Position numbers and translations under genes: made by a program. A stretch of DNA of 34,984 nucleotides from a virus (Duplodnaviria > Caudoviricetes): IMG/VR virus record IMGVR_UViG_3300027764_000002, positions 1 to 34,984 of that record. The stretch is one strand, 5' to 3'. Shown piece after piece: positions 1 through 8,330 of the stretch. Below the pieces are notes generated by a model, which saw only the letters and a program-made list of their open reading frames with translations, did no database searches and was not told the DNA's origin. Position 1 is the first letter of the stretch; the number at the start of each line of letters is the position of its first letter.

Positions 1-127
1 CCACAAGAAGTAAGTAATAATAAAGCAATAGATAGTATTATAGTTATTTTACGTGTTTCGCACCCCATTTTATGCACTCCTTTAGTTTGATTGCAATATT
101 TACATTTGTCATTAGGCATAAAATGAC
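1..127. repeat. Terminal 127-bp exact direct repeat (copy 1); probable circular-assembly overlap
   Basis: 1..127 is identical to 34858..34984 and an ORF reads through the junction. Confidence 0.95.
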
Positions 128-260
128 TGCAACTTGTTTCATCATCTTCGGGACAAAAAGGTTGGTAACTTTGTCTTTTTGGAGTTGGTTTTGCAGTAAA
201 CCTATAACAGCAATCTTTTGATGGGCATAGTGCATTAGCGCACATTGATATATCAGGCAT
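1..260 (-). CDS. 5' part of an origin-spanning ORF (231 aa in total): Cys-rich N-terminal domain fused to a u-spanin-like lipoprotein
   Basis: Manual translation from ATG 260: MPDISMCANALCPSKDCCYRFTAKPTPKRQSYQPFCPEDDETSCSHF-MPNDKCKYC..., in frame with the 34422..34976 ORF across the circular junction. Confidence 0.75.
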   Translation of the reverse strand, partial: MPDISMCANALCPSKDCCYRFTAKPTPKRQSYQPFCPEDDETSCSHFMPNDKCKYCNQTKGVHKMGCETRKITIILSIALLLLTSC

Positions 261-384
261 TTTGTTTAAATTTTAGTTTTAATAAATTTCTATAAACTTC
301 ATTTACACTTTCTCGGTTTTGACCTCTGTTGTAATAAAAGTTCATTATCTTTTTAATTCTATATTCGGGTGTATGTTTTATCAT
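253..384 (-). CDS. Small basic hypothetical protein (43 aa)
   Basis: MIKHTPEYRIKKIMNFYYNRGQNRESVNEVYRNLLKLKFKQNA; ATGA overlap with the upstream stop and 8-nt overlap with the downstream start. Confidence 0.65.
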   Translation of the reverse strand: MIKHTPEYRIKKIMNFYYNRGQNRESVNEVYRNLLKLKFKQNA

Positions 385-1580
385 AGTATAAAAGTTAAAA
401 AAATTAATAGGCTAAAAATATGAGTAATTCGGGCGATTTGTCCGTTATCTTTACAATGTAAAAAACCCTCAACTGCTTTAGGACTATGCTGGTAACCATT
501 ACGATGATGCCAACTGTCCGTACCGCTTGGACTTCTTAAACTTTCAACTGTTATTCCAATATAATCTTTACTTGTTTTATGATGAACGTGGTGAGTATAA
601 ATATACCTATGTTTTGTTTTACTCCATTCGTTAGGATATTCAACTGCCATTAGCAAAGGTAAATCAATTTGTTTTGCACCATCGCCATGAGTAGTACCTA
701 TTAAATTATTATGATATTGAAAAGCCTTTCGGTGTGCTATGCTACAATCAAAGGTTATATTTTCGCAATTTTTAAAATACGTTTCAATAACTTGTGCTAA
801 AAAGAAACCGTTAGTATAATCGTGGTTACTAGGATTAAAAGTAAAATGAACATCAGCAACCGTTAAAAGCAATTCTAAAACATCAACATAAAGTTGTTTA
901 GCTATTAAAAAATTACTATGCCACATCCCATCAGTATCTTGCGGAGTTCCACTTGTAGTTGTTCTTTGTGGATTATCAATGTGCAAAATATCGTTACCAC
1001 CTATGAAAAGTATCTTATCAATATTGAATGATGAAACTTTATTTAAAATACCTCTAACACCACTTAAAACACGTTGAACTGCAATTTGGTTATTATAACT
1101 TTCGCCACTTTCAAAAGCAGAACATAATTTACCAATATGAATGTCCGCTGGGTCAATAACTAATAAGTAACTATCTGTATTTACAATGCGTTCCAATTTT
1201 GGGAACTTCGGAATATAATCTTGTAAATCTTGAATTAAATTATCTCTTAAAGTTGAAAGTAAAACTTCGTCTTGTTTTACAAATAATGGATTGGTAACTC
1301 TTATACTTTCGTTTTTAGACTTTAACCATAACATCGGGGTTGTTGATGGGTCTACTCCTAAATTTTCACAAGCATCAATAACACCTTGATTATCGTCCTG
1401 TAATTGTATTCTATTTCTGTTTCTTAAAACATATCTTGAAAGTTCTTCGGCATTAAAAGCATTAATACTAATGTTGTTTTTTTCAAGAACTAATTTTGCA
1501 ATTTTTGTATTGTTTTTTTCGTTGCTATTATTTAAAAAATACTTAATGTCATTGTCGTAAATTCGCCATTGTGAAGCCAT
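381..1580 (-). CDS. Calcineurin-like metallophosphoesterase
   Basis: Motifs DIHIG, GGNDILHID, SNHD, HGD, HHVHH; start moved to ATG 1580 (MASQWR) because the longer start overlaps a promoter. Confidence 0.85.
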   Translation of the reverse strand: MASQWRIYDNDIKYFLNNSNEKNNTKIAKLVLEKNNISINAFNAEELSRYVLRNRNRIQLQDDNQGVIDACENLGVDPSTTPMLWLKSKNESIRVTNPLFVKQDEVLLSTLRDNLIQDLQDYIPKFPKLERIVNTDSYLLVIDPADIHIGKLCSAFESGESYNNQIAVQRVLSGVRGILNKVSSFNIDKILFIGGNDILHIDNPQRTTTSGTPQDTDGMWHSNFLIAKQLYVDVLELLLTVADVHFTFNPSNHDYTNGFFLAQVIETYFKNCENITFDCSIAHRKAFQYHNNLIGTTHGDGAKQIDLPLLMAVEYPNEWSKTKHRYIYTHHVHHKTSKDYIGITVESLRSPSGTDSWHHRNGYQHSPKAVEGFLHCKDNGQIARITHIFSLLIFLTFIL

Positions 1581-1600
1581 AAGTGTTTGATTTAGTTTAT

Positions 1601-1608
1601 CAAATGTA
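1601..1608 (-). promoter_or_regulatory. Bacteroidota -7 promoter element (TACATTTG) for the metallophosphoesterase operon
   Basis: Matches TAnnTTTG, 20 nt upstream of ATG 1580. Confidence 0.65.
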
Positions 1609-1662
1609 TGCAATTACTAATGTAATATAATACTTTAATTTACTATTTATAATTATTATGAA

Positions 1663-2115
1663 TTATAAAGTAGTAAAATACAACGCACTTTCTTTAATTC
1701 TTCTAGTTGTTAAACCAGCCAATGTAACTCCTTTAGCTTTATTCCATTTCAAAAATTCCTTTGCTATCATAGCATCGTTAGGGTTTACATTTACTTTTTT
1801 TAATAGAGTACTTGAAGCTAATGCGCCACTTCCAACATTGTAAGCAAATGAAACCAATGCGTTGAATTGATTTTGTGTAAGTGGTTTATGAACTAAATTA
1901 TCAACTTTTGAAGCGTAACGGTCAGCACTTACTTTTAGTAAATCTTCTGCACGTTTTTTAGTTATTGGAGCATCTGACATTTGAACTTTTACGTTATTTT
2001 CGTAGTAAGTATTACCAAACCCTATTGTTGGAACTCCAGCAGAACACTTATACGGTTTCAAACTCAACCCCTCAAATGATTTTATCAGCTCATAGCCTCG
2101 TGAATTTAGTTTCAT
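1663..2115 (-). CDS. Endolysin, GH24 phage lysozyme (muramidase)
   Basis: IKSFEG..PYKCSAGVPTIGFG catalytic region, NQFNALVSFAYNVG, WNKA..GLTTRR. Confidence 0.93.
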   Translation of the reverse strand: MKLNSRGYELIKSFEGLSLKPYKCSAGVPTIGFGNTYYENNVKVQMSDAPITKKRAEDLLKVSADRYASKVDNLVHKPLTQNQFNALVSFAYNVGSGALASSTLLKKVNVNPNDAMIAKEFLKWNKAKGVTLAGLTTRRIKESALYFTTL

Positions 2116-2579
2116 TTTGCTGCTTTTTTATGTTTATCAAAATCCTCTTTTAACTTTTCGTAAAGAGCCTCCAAACTATTGTATTTCTCTAATAATTCTC
2201 GGTGTAACTTTTCCCAATTTTGAGATTGCTCAACTTCACGAGCATAAGCAAGTTGAATAGAATTAAACTGATCCTGCATACTTGTTGCTTGTTTTCTTAA
2301 CTCGTCAATTTGTGTTCTTAAATATTCTCTTTCGCTTTTAAATTCTAATATGATAGCATCTTTATCAACTTTTAAAGCCTCTTTATCTTTGTTCGCTTGG
2401 TCTAATAAACTTTCGTATAACTCACGAACTTTAACAGCGTAATCAACTTCGGCTGTTTCAATCTCTACATTACCTTTTTGTAGTTGTTGATTTTTTTCTT
2501 GTCTACCTCCTAAAAAATACATTATTGGAGCTGATAAAAACCCCATTAATGTCAACCAATTATCTGCTAAAAAATTCAT
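2112..2579 (-). CDS. Membrane-anchored coiled-coil protein; lysis-associated (holin-like) candidate
   Basis: One N-terminal hydrophobic helix followed by a long coiled coil; immediately upstream of the endolysin. Confidence 0.55.
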   Translation of the reverse strand: MNFLADNWLTLMGFLSAPIMYFLGGRQEKNQQLQKGNVEIETAEVDYAVKVRELYESLLDQANKDKEALKVDKDAIILEFKSEREYLRTQIDELRKQATSMQDQFNSIQLAYAREVEQSQNWEKLHRELLEKYNSLEALYEKLKEDFDKHKKAAK

Positions 2580-2581
2580 AT

Positions 2582-3337
2582 TTATTTATTATATTTTGTG
2601 AAAAAACACATTGTAAAATTCTCTTTGTAACTAACTCCAATCCATTCGTAAACAGGATTACTCATACTTTTTTTATGCGTTGGACTTTCCATATACGCTT
2701 GGAATACATATTGCGCAGAGTTTTTAGGACATTGTTGTATTATCTCGCCACAGAAATCGGCTTTGCTTTGCTCAAATCTTTTATTATAATTGTAATGACT
2801 AGCGTGGTTTGTTTCCGTCATATAATCGACGTGCTGTTCTGCAATAACACAAGCCAACCGTTCTACTTTTAATTCGCAAACACGAATAGATTTACGGTAT
2901 TCGTTAATTAATCGAACTAACTCAAATTCGTTTTGATTTACATACTCATATCCAACAGGTATATAAATAACTTTAGTAGCAACTTCTTTGTTTTTGTTCA
3001 TTAAGTACACATATCCAATAACTGCTAAAATAGACACGATAATTCCGTAAGTGGTAATAAGTGTTAAGTCTTTGTAGAAACTCGCTAAAACACCGCCTAT
3101 TGCACCACCGATAGCAGTGTAAACAATATCGTTTATATTTCCTTGAATTTTAAATATCCGATTTTGAAATAACTCCCAAGCACCACCGATAAAAACTAAA
3201 GCTAAAGTGCTAAACATAAAACCCAAAAACCAACCGTATTGATTAACAGTATAAACATCGGTTAGATTAAGGATGCAATAGCCTAAAATAATTCCAATAA
3301 AAACGTGAGCAATGTTTCCTATTTGATTAAAGTTCAT
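2582..3337 (-). CDS. Four-TM membrane domain fused to a CAP (SCP/PR-1, YkwD-like) domain
   Basis: N-half has H..IG, GGAWELFQ and DIVYTAIGG hydrophobic helices; C-half has LINEYR, ASH, CGE, MESPTHKKSM, IGVS typical of bacterial CAP; likely start ATG 3337. Confidence 0.75.
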   Translation of the reverse strand: MNFNQIGNIAHVFIGIILGYCILNLTDVYTVNQYGWFLGFMFSTLALVFIGGAWELFQNRIFKIQGNINDIVYTAIGGAIGGVLASFYKDLTLITTYGIIVSILAVIGYVYLMNKNKEVATKVIYIPVGYEYVNQNEFELVRLINEYRKSIRVCELKVERLACVIAEQHVDYMTETNHASHYNYNKRFEQSKADFCGEIIQQCPKNSAQYVFQAYMESPTHKKSMSNPVYEWIGVSYKENFTMCFFTKYNK

Positions 3338-3515
3338 TTTGTAGGTTGTATTGATTAATTTCTTCTTGCGTTGCGCCCTCAATCCAAACTGTATCGAATT
3401 TAGGTTTAATAAAAAATTCAGTTCTTAAAACCGTTGTGTGATTTTCTATTGGTGCTTGTTCTAAATTAACACCGAATAACTCAAAATTGTTTTCGTCTAA
3501 AATTGTATAAAACAT
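3327..3515 (-). CDS. Small tail-fibre-associated (assembly chaperone-like) protein
   Basis: 62 aa directly after the fibre gene; KPKFD..WIEGATQEEI motif. Confidence 0.55.
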   Translation of the reverse strand: MFYTILDENNFELFGVNLEQAPIENHTTVLRTEFFIKPKFDTVWIEGATQEEINQYNLQNEL

Positions 3516-5854
3516 TATTTGCTAGATTTTAAATTAATAGCTCTTTGTGTAACTGTATCGGCTACGTTATTCAATGTAACCGTTGAAATTAAATAGTAAC
3601 CACTAGATAAAGTTAAAGTTGTAGTTGATTGTACTTGCGTTAAAATTTCATCTGTAACAGCGTTTGCACTAAATAACATCCCTCTTAAAACACTTGATGC
3701 ATTGATTGAAAAATCACGTTTAAAGCAAGGTAAACTTTGAGTTGAAGTAATTGTTGCAGTAGCTATTTTAACCGCACCACTTAAAGAATTTGAAGTAGTA
3801 TTTAAATAAATTGAAACAGTTGCGTTGGTTGTTCCTGTTCTTGAAAATGTACTAATAAAGTTTAACCAACTATTTATTTTCATATCATTAGCAGTTATTG
3901 CTTGATTAGATATGATTTGTTCAGTTAATACTCCTGTGCTTGTATAGTCTGTAAAATCTTGTAATATTTCTCTAGTTCGTAAATCTACTTGTGCTTGCGT
4001 TGCCAATCCTAAAGCACTTGATGTCTTATTTTCCCAAAGAGAAGTTGAACTTTCATAAGCTAAAATATCATTATCAGCTACACTTGTAATTAATACATCG
4101 TGAATTTCCTTTAATTCAAAACCGTTTTGAACTCTCACAAATATTTCTCCAACCGTTGCGTGAACTCTACTAACAACACCGATATAAACTAAATGCGCTG
4201 GTGCTACGGGTTTACTTGCTAAACCAAATATTAAGTTGCCACTAACTCCTAACCAAACAGGGTCGCCAACAGTTGCAGTTGAAGTATCCAAACCATCTAA
4301 TAAACCACTTGTAACAACGGTTACAATATCATTTGTTACTCCCGTAGTGGCAAGTAAACCAAGCGTTTTACTTGACGTAGCTTCACTTGAATTTGATGCT
4401 TTAGAAACGATTATATTTGTTCCTGTTGCACTAGAAATGTAAACCGCTTGACCTTTTGAAATTCCTAATGCCAACTTAACTGTAACTTTATCAACTGCAT
4501 CGGTATTAATATTTGCTAAATCCGTTGCTAAAGTTGATAGCTGTGTAAAGTCTGCGGGTTTTAATAACCCAGCGTTTGTTGCATCGGCTAAAGGTAAATC
4601 TGTTCCTGTTCCTGTTGAACTATTAACGGTTACTTTTGTTGGTGCGGGTGTATTTCCTAAATCAGTTGCAGAGTCATAAACTCGTAGCCAAACCGCACTT
4701 CCTGTTGTTGCATCTGTACACTTATAAACTTTATTCTCAATTAACCATCTACTGCCTATTATAAAACCTTTAGTATCATCATCAGTTACAGTTGGTAAAT
4801 TAAAATTATATTTTGTTTCACGAATTGTAAAACCATCTTGCTCCATAATGTAAAGCGTACCAGCTTCCCATTTCAATTCATAATCTAATGAACATTTAAA
4901 AGCAATACCATTATTACCACCTAGTCCAGCGTTTGTTGTTCCTTTTTTTAATTTAGAAGTATTATCTAAAATAACAGCATCGCCATCTGAAATACTAATA
5001 TCTGTACCATCGGTTATATTTCCTAATACTAAAGTTTGTGCAAGTGTTTGAGAACCACCAACATCGTCAGTAGTTGCTAAAGTATAAGTGCCTTCTGCTT
5101 TATCAGGAAAAACAAAATCCCTTTGCACAATAAGTTGGTCTATGCTAGAAGTTAATGGAAATGTTAGAGTAGTTAAAAGGTTATTTCCTGCATTTACTAA
5201 ATCTTCATTTTGAACTTTAATACCAATATAATTAGTTCTTTCTGCGAGAATTTCCATTTGACAATTTGTTTCTAACTCCGAAACTGAATTAAGCTGAATT
5301 CCTTGAGCAGTATAAATGCCTCTAGCACCATAAACATCGTGTTCCATTGTTACTAAAGGAGATAAACCAATGTCTTTTTTTAGATTTAAAGTCCAATCTC
5401 CATCCCTTACTATAATATCGTCAGTTGTTTCATTCCCCTCCGTTGTTACTTCTTGTAGTGTTGGAGTACCACCAGCACTACCTGATGCAGATATAACATA
5501 AGGACTTGATTCAGTTCCATCGCCAACAATAGTTATATTAGTACCTTCTGTAATTAAATTAGCAATAGAAACTATTTGACCATCATATTGAAATGCGGGA
5601 TAATTTAATTGTTCTAATCGTAAACTTAATTCACTTATTGTAGCAAATGTTTCAGCACCACCACCATCAATAGTATTGTATAAAGTAATATCTGAAATAT
5701 TATACATAATTCTTTTACTTTGCCCTTGCTCTACTATTTGAAAAGTTAAATTAGTAGAATTAAAGTAAAATTTAGATATGATAAAATCACCTAATATACT
5801 ATCGGTATGTAACCAAGTTTTTAAACTCTTTTTTCTTATTATTAATGTATTCAT
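3515..5854 (-). CDS. Tail fibre / receptor-binding protein (779 aa)
   Basis: Last large gene of the tail module; Thr/Gly/Ser-rich and mosaic, with repeated TLQEVT..GN / TLAQTL..GN linker motifs. Confidence 0.75.
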   Translation of the reverse strand: MNTLIIRKKSLKTWLHTDSILGDFIISKFYFNSTNLTFQIVEQGQSKRIMYNISDITLYNTIDGGGAETFATISELSLRLEQLNYPAFQYDGQIVSIANLITEGTNITIVGDGTESSPYVISASGSAGGTPTLQEVTTEGNETTDDIIVRDGDWTLNLKKDIGLSPLVTMEHDVYGARGIYTAQGIQLNSVSELETNCQMEILAERTNYIGIKVQNEDLVNAGNNLLTTLTFPLTSSIDQLIVQRDFVFPDKAEGTYTLATTDDVGGSQTLAQTLVLGNITDGTDISISDGDAVILDNTSKLKKGTTNAGLGGNNGIAFKCSLDYELKWEAGTLYIMEQDGFTIRETKYNFNLPTVTDDDTKGFIIGSRWLIENKVYKCTDATTGSAVWLRVYDSATDLGNTPAPTKVTVNSSTGTGTDLPLADATNAGLLKPADFTQLSTLATDLANINTDAVDKVTVKLALGISKGQAVYISSATGTNIIVSKASNSSEATSSKTLGLLATTGVTNDIVTVVTSGLLDGLDTSTATVGDPVWLGVSGNLIFGLASKPVAPAHLVYIGVVSRVHATVGEIFVRVQNGFELKEIHDVLITSVADNDILAYESSTSLWENKTSSALGLATQAQVDLRTREILQDFTDYTSTGVLTEQIISNQAITANDMKINSWLNFISTFSRTGTTNATVSIYLNTTSNSLSGAVKIATATITSTQSLPCFKRDFSINASSVLRGMLFSANAVTDEILTQVQSTTTLTLSSGYYLISTVTLNNVADTVTQRAINLKSSK

Positions 5855-6687
5855 TTTACTATTTTAAAAGAATAATCTCCACTTGCTGGATTTATTGAAC
5901 CACCACTATGATTGTGAATTAATACGCTAACTTCGTCTGTATCTGTTACTATTGGATAACCTACAATTAAACCTAAAGTTATAATTTGGCTTGGATAAGT
6001 CATTGAAACATAATCTCCAATTTCTGCACCTTCTAAAGTAACAACTACTGCATAATAACTGTTACTGCCTATACTTGGAACATCGATAGTTTGAGTAGTT
6101 TGTAAAACAGTATCTAAAGGTAAAGTATAACGACTTGGTAAACTTAAACCCCTATCGTCTAATTCAAGTTTCATTCTTCCTAGTTTAAATCTAGTATTAC
6201 CTTCACCTTGAAAACCAACTTTAAATTGAAAGTCAATAGTATCTCCTTCTGTTAATTCAATAGTTTGAAAGTAAGTATTATACTCGTCATAAACAAAATC
6301 GCTAGTATTATTTATTTCAAACTCAAATATATTTAATCCGGTTGCACTATTAGTTGAATAAATACCAAACATACCAACTCTATTATTATATGTTGATTCC
6401 ATATAAACAGCTATTGATAAAATATAAACACCGGTTCTTGGTACTGTAACTAACATTGATTCATCAGCACTTGTAATTATACCATCAGCATCAGTTAATA
6501 TTATAGTAAGTCCTGTATCTTCTTGATAATTATTAAATAAAATACTTTCATTTTCTGCATTAATTACACCACCACCGCCTGTTACAACGCTAATCCAATT
6601 TCCCGTTTTAAAAGTTGATTTTTTAGTAAGTAAGTTTTCGCTATACTTTGGACTTTCTTGATTTGTTCTTATAACCGCTATACTCAT
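5851..6687 (-). CDS. Minor tail protein (278 aa, beta-rich)
   Basis: Position in the tail module, overlapping stop/start codons. Confidence 0.55.
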   Translation of the reverse strand: MSIAVIRTNQESPKYSENLLTKKSTFKTGNWISVVTGGGGVINAENESILFNNYQEDTGLTIILTDADGIITSADESMLVTVPRTGVYILSIAVYMESTYNNRVGMFGIYSTNSATGLNIFEFEINNTSDFVYDEYNTYFQTIELTEGDTIDFQFKVGFQGEGNTRFKLGRMKLELDDRGLSLPSRYTLPLDTVLQTTQTIDVPSIGSNSYYAVVVTLEGAEIGDYVSMTYPSQIITLGLIVGYPIVTDTDEVSVLIHNHSGGSINPASGDYSFKIVK

Positions 6688-6692
6688 ATATT

Positions 6693-7151
6693 TTAATTAT
6701 TAGTAGTGTATTTTAAATTAAACAACACTGATTCATTATTATTTAAAGGACCAACAACAATTAAAGTGCTTGATGAAAATATACATCTTACTGATAAACC
6801 TGATGTAGTATTAACACCATAAAAAGCAACTAAATCAGCATTTTGTAAAAACTCCGCATTGTTTACTGTAAAATATTCAGAATTATTTGTAACCGCACCC
6901 GTTTTATTAGTTAATGTTCCATTAAAAAACACCTTATTGCCTATTTTATCAACTTTAAAATTATAAAAGTGTGTTGTTCCATTTGGAGTTGTTAAAGGTG
7001 TACTATCAACTAAATTAGTATAACTTTCTGTAGTTGTTTCTCTATACATTTCATTGATAATATCTAACATAGAGTTTCTATGTTTTACTATCGTTATTAT
7101 CGATGTAAGATAACCATTAATTGATGCTATTATTCCCGTTTTTGTTGCCAT
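6693..7151 (-). CDS. Minor tail/structural protein (152 aa)
   Basis: Position; beta-strand-rich C-terminus. Confidence 0.5.
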   Translation of the reverse strand: MATKTGIIASINGYLTSIITIVKHRNSMLDIINEMYRETTTESYTNLVDSTPLTTPNGTTHFYNFKVDKIGNKVFFNGTLTNKTGAVTNNSEYFTVNNAEFLQNADLVAFYGVNTTSGLSVRCIFSSSTLIVVGPLNNNESVLFNLKYTTNN

Positions 7152-7152
7152 A

Positions 7153-8289
7153 TTAATTTAATAAGTATTCGTTATTATATTCTGTATTTGTATATTCGCC
7201 ATCTGCTATTGTAAAACTCCAATCAGTTGTGTTACTTATTCCTTCATAAACTTCTCCAAATGTACTTATAAATAATCCATTAGTAAAATTTACATAATAT
7301 TCTCCATTTGCAATAATCAATCCTGTAATATCAATCGTAAATACATTATCTGCTAAAATAATATCGGCTTGTGTAAATGTTTCAAATAACGAACCATCTT
7401 TAAATAAAGTTAGCGTTCCCGTTTGAAGTATTAGATCTCTATTAAATGAACCTATTAATTCATTTCCAATAGTATCTAAAGTATTTGCTCCGGTAGGTAT
7501 AACGTTAATTAAATCAAATGGTTGAAATATTTGAAAATTATAATCGTAAGTTTCGTTATAATCAATAGCTACTTGAAAATCTAAATTAAAAACATTACTA
7601 TCTCCGGAAGGCTCTTTAGATTGAAGTGTTTGTTTATCTGTAATACGATTACCATTGATATAAACTACGTTTCTACTTAATAAATTATTTAATCTTCTAT
7701 ATGTAAAGTTGTCTATTTTTTGGAAAATATATTTTTCAAATTCAGTATTTATTAATCTAGAAGTAATTTTTTTTCCTTCGTAAGTAACATATTGACTTGA
7801 TTGACTTTCTGCGTCATTAACGGTAAAATAAGTTTTTAACCGTATTGATTGAAAATAAGCATCGGTTGCGTTTTTATAATCAAATCTTGAAGTTAAATAA
7901 GAAAAAAAATCTGTAATATTTAAAGGGTTTGAATACCAAACGTAGTTAGAAACTGTATGTTTAAATTTTAAATATACTGTTTTAGCATAATAATCTGTTC
8001 CTATATTTACTATTTCAAAATCTATTTGCTCAATACCATTAATAGTTCTTTCGTTAATAGCTACATTATCAGTAATATTTTGTAATTCATTATCGTTACA
8101 ATCAACAATAGTAACTTTATAGTTACCGTCAAATGCTATATTATTTTTACAGTTGGTAGTTTGTAAATAAGTTTCATTAGGACTTAAACTAATTTGACCG
8201 AAAAAGAATATTGAAGCCGTTGGACTTGTTCTTGTGTACTTCGCACTTGGGAAATTTGGCTCAAGCCTAATAAAACTTAAATCTTGCAT
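7153..8289 (-). CDS. Tail structural protein with a probable C-terminal Ig-like domain (378 aa)
   Basis: C-terminus (FNRDL..GTLTL..YYVNFTNGLF..YEGI..WSFT) resembles an Ig-like fold; tail context. Confidence 0.55.
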   Translation of the reverse strand: MQDLSFIRLEPNFPSAKYTRTSPTASIFFFGQISLSPNETYLQTTNCKNNIAFDGNYKVTIVDCNDNELQNITDNVAINERTINGIEQIDFEIVNIGTDYYAKTVYLKFKHTVSNYVWYSNPLNITDFFSYLTSRFDYKNATDAYFQSIRLKTYFTVNDAESQSSQYVTYEGKKITSRLINTEFEKYIFQKIDNFTYRRLNNLLSRNVVYINGNRITDKQTLQSKEPSGDSNVFNLDFQVAIDYNETYDYNFQIFQPFDLINVIPTGANTLDTIGNELIGSFNRDLILQTGTLTLFKDGSLFETFTQADIILADNVFTIDITGLIIANGEYYVNFTNGLFISTFGEVYEGISNTTDWSFTIADGEYTNTEYNNEYLLN

Positions 8290-8318
8290 AAATAAATCTC
8301 TGCTTCACAGCAGTAATT
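8290..8318 (-). promoter_or_regulatory. GTGA-tetraloop leader hairpin, copy A
   Basis: AATTA CTGCT GTGA AGCAG AGATTTATTT ATG; same architecture as 20402..20430. Confidence 0.7.
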
Positions 8319-8330
8319 GTTTTTTTTATA

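Noticed and set aside
1-127. Biological direct terminal repeat
   Set aside because: 127 bp equals a common assembler k-mer length and the repeat falls inside an ORF; best explained as a circular-contig overlap
44-235. 63-aa ORF from the ORF track
   Set aside because: Out-of-frame shadow of the better supported ORF starting at 260
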